Shown in pieces: positions 54,401 through 64,000 of a stretch of DNA of 64,000 nt (the first letter of the stretch is position 1; every line of letters begins with the position of its first letter). Under the pieces are notes generated by a model that had not been told where the DNA came from, did not search any database, and was given only the letters and a program-made list of their open reading frames with translations. The position numbers and the translations under genes are program-made. This DNA comes from the human T2T-CHM13v2.0 reference genome, Homo sapiens: assembly GCF_009914755.1 (NCBI RefSeq), contig NC_060928.1. One strand, given 5' to 3'.

Positions 54401-57343
54401 AAACTTATTTCAGGATATCATTCATGAGAACTTCCCCAACCTAGCTACAGAGGTCAACATTCAAATTTAGGAAATGCAGAGACCCCCAATAGGATATTCC
54501 ATGAGAAGACCATCCCAAAGATACACAGTCCTCAGATTTTCCAAGGTTGACATGAAAGAAAGAATGTTAAATGCTGCTAGAAAGGCCAGGTCACCTACAA
54601 AGCCCATCAGACTAACAGCAGACCTCTCAGCTGAAACCCTACAAGCCAGAAGAGATTGGGGACCAATATTCAACATCCTCGAAGAAAAGAAATTCCAACG
54701 CAGAATTTCATATCTTGCCATCAAAGCTTTATAAGCAAAGGAGAAATAAGATTTTTTTAGACAAGCAAATGCTGTGAGAATTTGTTACCACCAAATGTGC
54801 CTTAGAACAGCTACTGAATGAAGGGCTAAATATGGAATTGAGAGACTGTTACCAGCAACTACAAAAACAGACTGAAGTACACAGACTGGTGACACTATAA
54901 AGCAACAACATAAACAAGTCTGCCAAATAACCAGCTAACATCATGATAATAGGATCAAATCCACAATAATAACCTTAAATGTATATGGTCTAAATGCCAA
55001 ATTAAAAGACATAGAGTGGAAAACTGGCTAAAGAAACAAGACCCATTGGTATGCTGTCTTCAAAAGACCCATCTCACATGCAATGACACACATAGACTCA
55101 AAATGAAGGGATGGAGAAAAAACTACCAAGTAAATGGAAAACAAAAGTAAACAAGGGCTACAATCCTAACTTCAGACAAAACAGACATTAAACCAGTAAA
55201 GATCAAAAAAGACTAAGAAGAGCATTACCTAGTGGTAAACAGTTCACTTCAATAAGAAAATCGAACTATACTAAATATATATGCACTGAAACACAGGAGC
55301 ACCCAGATTCATACAGCAAGTTCTTAGATACCTTCAGAGAGACTTAGACTCCCACACAGTAATAGTGGGAGACTTTAATACCCCACCGACAATATTAAAC
55401 AAATCACTGAGACAAAATTAACATTTAGGATCTGAACTCAGTACTGAATCAAATGGACTTGATATATATACACAGAAGTCTCCACACAAATACAACAGAA
55501 TATACATTCTTCTCATTGCCACGTGGCACATACTCTAAAACCAACCACATAATTGGAAGTAACACTCTTTGATTTAAGACAGAAATCAAGAAGTTCTTTG
55601 AAACTAATGAGCATGAAGATACAACATACCAAAATAACTGAGACACAGCTAAGGCAGTGTTAAGAGGGAAATTTATAGCACTAAATGCCTACATCAGAAA
55701 AGGTAGAAAGATCTCAAGTTAAGAACCTAAGATCATGACTGAAAGAACTAGAGAATAAAGAGCAATTTCCAAAGCTAGCAGAAGACAAGAAATAACCAAA
55801 ATCAGAGCCAAACTGATAGTGATAGAGACATGAAAAACCACCAAAAGGTCAACAAATCAAGGAACTGTTTTCTGAAAAAAATTAATAAAATAGACTGTTA
55901 ACTACACTAATAAAGAAGAAAAGAGAATATTCAAATAAACACAATCAGAAATAAGAAGGATATTACCACTAATCCGTCAGAAATAAAAACAACCGTCAGA
56001 AAATATTATGAATACCTCTATGCACATAAACTAGAAAATCTGGAAGAAATGCATAAATTCCTGGACACAGACACCTTGCCAAGACTGAACCAGGAAAAAA
56101 TTGGATCACTGAACAGACCAATAATGAGCTCTGAAATTGAGGCAGTTATAAATAGCCTATCAACCAAAAAAGCTCAGGACCAGTTGAATTCATAGCTGAA
56201 TTCTACTAGTTGTAAGAAGAAGAGCTGATACCATTCCTAGTAAAACTATCCCAAAAATTTGAGGAGTAGGGACTCCTCCCTAACTCATTCTATGAGACCT
56301 GCATCATCCTGAAACCAAAACGTTGTAGAGATACAACAAAAAAAGAAAACTTCAGGTCAATATCATTGATGAACCTTGATGCAAAAATCCTCAATGAAAT
56401 ACTGGCAAACCAAATCCAGCATCACATTAAAATGCTTATTCACCACAATCAAGTAGACTTTATCCCTCAGATGCAAGGTTGAGTCAACATACACAAATTA
56501 ATCAATGTGATTCATCACATAAAGAGAACTAAAAACAAAAACCACATGCTTACCTCAAGAGATACAGAAAAAGCTTTTGATAAAATTCAACATCTATTCA
56601 TGTTAAAAACTCTCAGTAAACTAGGTATTGAAAAAACATACCTCAAAATAATAACAGCCATATATGACAAACCCATAGGCAATGTTATACTGAATGGGCA
56701 CAAGCTGGAAACATTCCTCTTGAAAACCAGCACAAAACACACCACTCTTATTCAATTTAGTATTGGAAATTCTTGCCAGGGAAATCAGGCAAGGGAAAGA
56801 AATAAAGGGCATCCAAATAGGAAGAGACAAAGTCAAACTATTCCTGTCTGCAGATGACAAGATCCTTTATCTAGAAAACTGCATAGTCTCAGCCCAAAAC
56901 CTTAAGCCGATAAACAACTTCAGCAAAGTCCCAGGATACAAAATCAATGTGCAAAAATCGCTAGCATTCCTATATACCAACAAGAGTCAAGCTAAGACCC
57001 AAATCAGGAATGAACTCCCATTCACAACTGCCACAACAATAATAAAATACCTAGAAACTATCACAGAAACAGAAAACCAAATACCTCATGTTCTCACTTG
57101 TAAGTGGGAGCTAAGTGATGAGAACCCAAGGACACATACAGAGGAACAACAGACACTGGGGCCTATTGGGGGGTGGAGAGGGTGGGAGGAGGTAGAGGAT
57201 CAGAAAAAATAACTAATGGATACTAGGCTTAAGACCTGGATCAATAAATAATCTGTGCAACAAATCCCCATGACATATGTTTATCTGTGTAGCAAATCTG
57301 CACATCCTACACATGTATCTCTGAACTTAAAAGTTAAAAAGGG
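51427..57343 (+). mobile_element. L1PA12-15-like LINE-1 with intact ends, long repeat-containing 5' UTR and internal deletions
   Basis: 5' 'ccaacatggccaactagaagcagct'. ORF1 fragments 54079-54734, ORF2 fragments 56507-57212. Perfect 13-bp TSD aaaacatctcaga at 51414-51426 and 57344-57356. Confidence 0.9.
52070..53010 (+). repeat. ~270-bp tandem repeat (about 3.5 units) in the L1 5' UTR
   Basis: Recurring 'ggc(c/t)(a/g)ccatct(t/c)tgctg' near 52085/52350/52620/52885 and 'cag(c/a/t)acagca(c/g)ag...ccaga(c/g)tgctt' near 52170/52440/52710. Confidence 0.75.
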
Positions 57344-57490
57344 AAAACATCTCAGAAAATAAAAGGCATGAAAATAAAATCCACACAAAAATAGGGAGAA
57401 AATAAAATAAAAGAATGCGTTAAAAAGGAAAAAAAAAGATGATTTTCATAATAACAATCAACATGCATTTGCCTATTTAAAATCAATATA

Positions 57491-57805
57491 GGGTTGGGCA
57501 CAGTGGCTCACATCTGTAATTCCAACTTTGGAAGGCTGAGACGGACAGATCACCTGAGGTCAGGAGTTCAAAACCAACCTGGCCAACATGGTGAAACCCT
57601 GTCTCTACTAAAAACACAAAATATTAGCCATGCTAGGTGGCGCACCTATAGTTTCAGCTACTCGAGCTGAGACAGATGTATCGCTTGAGCCTGGGAGGCG
57701 GAGGTTGCAGTGAGCCGAGATTGTGCCACTGCACTCCAGCCTATGTGACACAGCTAGACTCTGTCTCAAAAATAAAATAAAATAAAATAATAAAGGTAAA
57801 AATAT
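57491..57805 (+). mobile_element. AluSx/Sz-like SINE
   Basis: Full dimer; TSD aaaatcaatata at 57479-57490 and 57806-57817. Confidence 0.92.
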
Positions 57806-60800
57806 AAAATCAATATAAATTTGCCTATAAAAAGCAAAGCTTTGAAGATTATGATGAAAACTTAAATAAACTTAAGCAGTCAAATAATATAAATTGGTTG
57901 TATAATTCTTATACATAAAACATATTTGGATGCAAGAATTAAAAAGATAAATGTAAAATACAAAGCTAATAATGCTCTTAGATTTCAGAAGTCTATGAAA
58001 AAGCTACAAAAGCTTTTAAAGGAAGGTAAAAAACTTTGGATGTCAAAAGCAAATGTTTGCAAATCTTCACTTTATTGGACAAGAATTAATATTATACAAT
58101 TTTCATCATTTCTGTATGTTATTTAATACTTTCATGAAAAAGAATTTATTAGCAGTTAATCCTATGGATATCTTTTTGTGTGTGAGGTGGGGTCAAATTT
58201 CATCCCATGTGTCCCATTATCTATGCCAGGGAATTTGGGGAAGTAATGAGATTCTACTAACCTGAAAGGTAGATAAGATATCTGATACCATCTTTTGTGT
58301 ATGATTGGTATATAAAGCAAACAACACAAATGTTCAAAAAAAAAGCAGGTAACAGTATATCAGACAAATACATATATGAAATGCAGTAGTCAAAACAAAA
58401 ACATGGCTAAGAATTTAAGACAAAAATATTAGTATTATAATTATCATTATTTGTAAAATCCATTACTAAATATCAAGCAGTACTTACTGAATAAGTAGTA
58501 ATAACATTTGGAAACCACCAAGACAAATATCTTCTATTCTTGTAATAAATATACACATATATTTATAAGAGAAGAACAAATTGACCAATCAACTGACATA
58601 GAAATACTTTTATATTAATGGGAAAAATACTACACATACTATATAATATTTACAGTACTAATTTTGGTTTGGGGATGAATATTATTTTTCTTAGAAAATA
58701 CACATTTCTAGAATTATAAACAAAACAAAACTGTTAAAGAACTAACTCCTAAATATGCTTCCTTCTAAAAATTATATCTGACACCACAAGACCAGTGGCT
58801 ATGAGAAGGTTCTAAGAAAGTTTTCTGACTACTCATTAGTTCGCATGTATTCACCAGCATCTGAATTACAAGTTATTTTTTAAAAGTACTTTAGCGTTTT
58901 ACACTTTCTTAGCTCATACAGTTGTCATAAGGAAACATTCAAATTTTACTTAAAAGATATGATTTTACTACAGGGCATGAATTTCAGTGAATCAATTTTC
59001 CTTATTAAAGACCATTTCTATAACTAATATATTCCTGTAACATTATTTTTTCCATAATATTATGAACAATGATTTATGTGCATATATTTTCTAGATGTCT
59101 TGTAGCTAAATCAGAAACTTATAAATCTTATCCTTGGAGATACTATGTTGACATGTAATTCTCAAAGAGATTCTCTTCCGTATGTCTCCTTTCTTCAACT
59201 GTGAAACTATGTCATATGGGCTATTTTCTTCACTTGAAAATAAAAAATGATATATTTCAATTTTTTTTAGTTTCAGAAAAAAACACACAAAATAGTAAAA
59301 GAAAATTTTCTTAAACAAAGATCTCAGCATTCCATGACGGTTAGTCTCTCAGTGAGTCTAAAAACATCTGGTACTCACATTTTTAATTTTTAGCTAGAAA
59401 AAACTATGACAATTGGGCAGATAACAATTGGAAAACAACTCTCCAGGTAATTTCTACACCTTTATATGAAAATCATCTTCATGATTTCAAAAACTAGATA
59501 CAAAGTTTCATCTCTAGAAAACTACTAGTAAATTATATTGCACTGTTACTACTTGAAAATTTGATGATAATCTTAGAAATGCAAGCTTTGCAGTGATAGT
59601 AATGCTAGCTTTGCAGCTGTAGAGCAAAACTCCTCTGGACCTTAAAGCACTTTACAATGGTTCCTTAAGGACAGATTATCTTTAAAGCTACAAAAGCTTT
59701 TAAAGAAAGGTAAGAAACTTTGGATGTCATTAAATATCTTAGTCTAATCCTAAAGTGTATGAGAGTGTTTAGTAAAAAAAAAAAGTCCTTTAAAAATTTA
59801 TTAAATAAAAATATTTAAAAATAAGCAGAGCTCTAAATTATCTCCCTCAGTGAATTTTCAGCTGGGTTCTGAATATCATAAAGGAAAGTGGTTTTTCAAT
59901 GTTCTCCTATTTAATATCAAATATTAAAGGAAAGAAAAATAATTCACCATAGAAAATATATTTCTATGTACATAATAAAAATGTGCACTTCTATGTACAT
60001 AATATATTTCTTTCTATGGAAGATAAATTTTTTTGATGCTTATATTAATTTTATTAAAATGCAAACTTGCTTTTATATATAGGTACACACACATGCACAC
60101 ACACACTTTTTTAAATTTGCATATAAAAGTTCTTAGAAAACAGAATTAGATGGAGAGAAAGGATGTGAAAAAAATGGTTTCTAACTACCTCAGGTTCATA
60201 TTTAATATATTGAATATAGGATATAATTTATTATATACATACTAATGTGTGTACACACACAATATAGTCAAATGTAATAATTTTTAACCTCAGTGAAAAG
60301 GGATGGGGGTCTTTGAGGGTGTAGCTGGCAAGATACTAAATATATCTTCAATTTTAGCTGTGGCAATATTATTCTATCAGATGAAGTTCACATAGTGTGT
60401 GCTTTCAGTTATGACTTTTAACACCATTCGGTGGTGGAAATAATTTTGATTATAAATTATTTCAAATATCTACTCATAGAAATTTATTTTAAAGCCCCAA
60501 ATCATCATCATCAGGACCGTGGTTTCTACCCTGAAAAGAGGTGCAGAACCATAGCAAGAAAGCATAATGTGTTCTAACGCAGGTAAGAGAGGGAAAAAAA
60601 AAGATTAAAGAAGCTCATGATTTAGAGCAAAATTTAAGAAGGGGGAATTTTGGACCCTTTTGGACCCTTAACCAAGAGTCATCTTGGTAGTTCAGACTTT
60701 ATCTTTTAAACTTGTTCTCTAAAGAAGAAAAGAGTAAAAAGAATTCTGATTTTCCTTTTTTAATACTGTGACCAAAACCTAACCAGGAACTTTCAAGCTG

Positions 60801-62959
60801 TTTCCTTTTTCTATGTCGTTTATTTAAATCCCTAGGATTTATTTTTCTGCCTTGCAAGTACATTCGCCTCGACTCCTTTGCATTCCGTCATTGTCAAGCT
60901 GATCCATTTTTTTCTTTGTAGTCAAAACAAAAAAAAAAATCTTATAAATATTTGTCAATTCTAATGACTACTTTTTAACGCAACCAGCTTCAAAAAACAC
61001 CCATTTTTTTCAGGGATTGGTAGAAACCCTTTGCATTAGTAATATGAAACTTCAAACATAAACAGCATCTTTCATTTGGTTTTCCAATTCTCCATTACAG
61101 TCATGTTGTGTACAAGCCACTGTATGATATTCAAAATGGTCTTACTTCTAAAGAACAGCCTTGAAGACATATGTCCTGAATGATATGCATATTAACATAA
61201 CATTAAAAGATTGTATGCTGGTGACTGTGGATTAACTCTGTATTGTGCTACCCACACTGTGACTGTTTATTACCAATCAAAATCCTGTGAATACGGTTGA
61301 GAGCAATGTCAAAGCCAGAACTGAGTCAGTAAGAGTGTTTGAAATATAAACAAACACCTTCAGAGAGAATTAAAAGAATGATGTTGAATATTTATTTTAG
61401 AGACGGTGTTCAAAATGGAGGAACTATATATTTAAATCGACATCACTATGTATCTGAATTTATGGATGAGCACAGTTTTTTTTTGTTTTTTTTTTTTAAG
61501 GCGAACCTGATAATCTTGATAGGTCCATGGGGTCAGTGTAGTTTATGGATCAAGTTATTGTCTTGGAAATTTAATGGCGTATAAGACCTTTCATGTGACT
61601 GCCTATGCAAAAGTCTGGCTGTGTGGATTGCAGCTCAACATTTAAAGGACTTTGAGATACATTTTTATTCAATCAGTACTCTGGTTGGGATAGGTTAATA
61701 CCATGCCCAGAGGTATAGTAGTCACATAAAAGTAGTTTGTTTATATACAGTTGTTAAATCAGGCTTTTAGCGTTTATTGTGTAACTACTGTGCCCAGAGT
61801 GCTTTTAGGTGTGTGTGAGGGGGTGGGGGAGACAGGAGGTAGGATGGCATGACAGAGCATTTACATTGAAGAATTTAACATCTGATTGAGTACATAACGT
61901 GTAAATATTTGAAGTGATTTCAGGACATTCACCAAGAAAAAAGTCTATACAGTATGCTTTATATAAAACTTACAAGATTTGTTAGAAAAGAACAAAAAGT
62001 GAAGGAATGACTAGAAATTTTAACTGGACTGATTATTGTGATGGATATGCATATTCAACTGGACAGATTCATTAAAAGAAAACTTTTACTATTTGTTTAA
62101 CTGATTAAGTAGCAAGTTGCACTGTGAAGAATGTCTCAAACTACATAAATGTTAATGAATTAATGCAGATTATCACACAGAACAGCACTTCTGAGTTGAA
62201 GTTCTGAAATGTGATTACAGGTATAAAACACTATATAGTTATAAAACACTATAGTTGATATTAAATATATATTTTTAAAATTAGATTATCTTTTCCTCTC
62301 CTCTTTGTAGATGAGTCAGGTATTTCCTTTTTTTTTTTTTTTTTTGCTCTTCTTAACATAGACTAAGCAGGTAGATGCTAAACAAATTTATTTTTGTGAT
62401 TGCTGTTTGTAACTGATCCTCAAATGCATTAGCCTTGCTAGGTTAGGAAAATACTACAATCTAGGGGAACAATCGACTTTGTTTTTTATAATTATTTTTA
62501 ATAGATAAAGGCATTGTAAATATCAGAGCAAATGAATGATTTATTCTGTTAAATATGCTTCATAAAGAAATAAAGTGTTTCCCTGAGTCTCCATCTACTC
62601 GCAGGTGCCATTCAATAGGAAGCACCTGCTCATTCTTGCTGCCTGATCTTCCTATATTTATGTTTTTGGTCTATACACACAAACTTTTTGTCTCATATAA
62701 CCTCTTGAAAGCCAAAAGATAATTAATGACTTAGGTGTCAAATGTCTTTCATGAAAGTGGAGATTTAAAAAGCAATCTATGATTTTTTTTTGCCTCTTTC
62801 ATATTCTGCTTGACCATTCATTTTCTGCAGAAAGAGACAATTTTTGACTGTGTAGAAAAGTGTCATTCTCCAAGCACCATCATAAAAGAAACAGGGATGA
62901 GAAGACAAAGCAAACATCATGATTAGTGTTCAGGAAGTATGAATTAGAAAATGTGACTA

Positions 62960-63400
62960 AAATGTTAATAATAACACTCTCTATATTAGCCATGAATAGA
63001 AACTACTCAAATGAATAGAAAATACTCAAATGTCCATCAACAATAAAATTGATATTTTATTGTATAAAACTGATAGATCGTGGACATTTCCTCAAATGCA
63101 GCATTATACAGAACAACACACACAAGATACATAAATTGAACAAACAATATTTCACCAAAAAACAGGCACAAAGCATGATATATTGTATAACAGACAATAT
63201 ATTTTGGAAGGAAAGAGCAATAATAATCATCCCTAGGATTTTATGTGGACCAGAAGAAAGAAAGGGAATATTCCATCATGCTGGTTATACTCTGCTTCTT
63301 GAACTGGGTTCTAGTTACACGGATGTTTTCCACTTGTAAAAACGTATTGAGCTATACTTAGGATATGTGTACTTCTGTATTCATATTATTCCTCAATTAG
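62960..63400 (+). mobile_element. L1ME-like 3' remnant
   Basis: 'caaatgtccatcaaca', 'ttcttgaactgggt...ttacac', 'attgagctatacttaggatatgtgtactt'. Confidence 0.6.
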
Positions 63401-64000
63401 ACAAATAGTTAAAGAGAGAAATAAATATGTCAACGCAAAAAGTGAAAGTACAGCAAGGTGCTTCCTCCTATTGCCAAGTGAATGATTTTCTGTTGAAAAA
63501 AATAAAAGTGAAATTTACTGGATGCTTCCCTTTACAGATCAAATGATAAGTAATTCATCAAACCAAATGCTCTATTTCAGATATATATTACTTTACTTGT
63601 AAATATTTTTTCTTTTAGTTTTTATGGTATTTTATATTTGACATTTGCCACTGAAAGTACACACACACACACACAAAACAAACATAAAACAGATCTTTAA
63701 TTCTTTTTGTAGTAGTTTCTAGCTACTATTATTTAAAAGATAAAACACATCTTTAATTTACAGTACTAGTCAATTGATATCAGTTTATCAATTGCTTATT
63801 TCTCACCAAAAGAAAAATAGAATAGGGTTCCTGTCTTTATGAAAAAAGTTAACATGCACAAAAAATTCATATTATGTGCTATTTTTAAACTTGATCATTA
63901 TCTGAAAATGTTGAGTAATGGACAAAATGTACACATTGGACCATATGCAGCTGGATCAGCAAGTGTCTGGACCTTGTAGGATAAGTAGAAATTTGTAGGT

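Noticed and set aside
60510-60590. Possible exon ending at CAG|GTAAGA (~60582)
   Set aside because: Weak upstream acceptor and no ORF support; a single donor motif is expected by chance

Overview
This is an AT-rich, CpG-poor, repeat-dense human genomic window that looks intergenic or deep-intronic. A human-specific L1HS-Ta element fixes the species. No host protein-coding gene, RNA gene or CpG island can be supported: every recognisable ORF is a LINE-1 ORF1/ORF2 remnant or an Alu/LTR artefact. The window holds one young 5'-inverted L1HS Ta-0 insertion with a perfect 15-bp TSD, two near-full-length older L1s (L1PA7-like, L1PA12-15-like), five AluS elements, many MaLR/ERVL solo LTRs, one MST provirus with an unusual head-to-head extra LTR, a MER11 LTR, DNA-transposon fossils (Tigger1, MER2, MER5, MER91) and L2/MIR relics. 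The features least explained by this annotation are (i) the three-LTR fold-back MST structure at 39.0-41.9 kb, (ii) dense clusters of nested perfect hairpins and duplications at 27.1 kb and 42.4 kb, and (iii) short sequences copied 1-1.7 kb away (18.0 to 19.2 kb; 58.0 and 59.7 kb). Items (ii) and (iii) look like templated-repair scars. I see no evidence for a novel gene system. Subfamily calls come from remembered consensus motifs and should be confirmed with RepeatMasker/Dfam.
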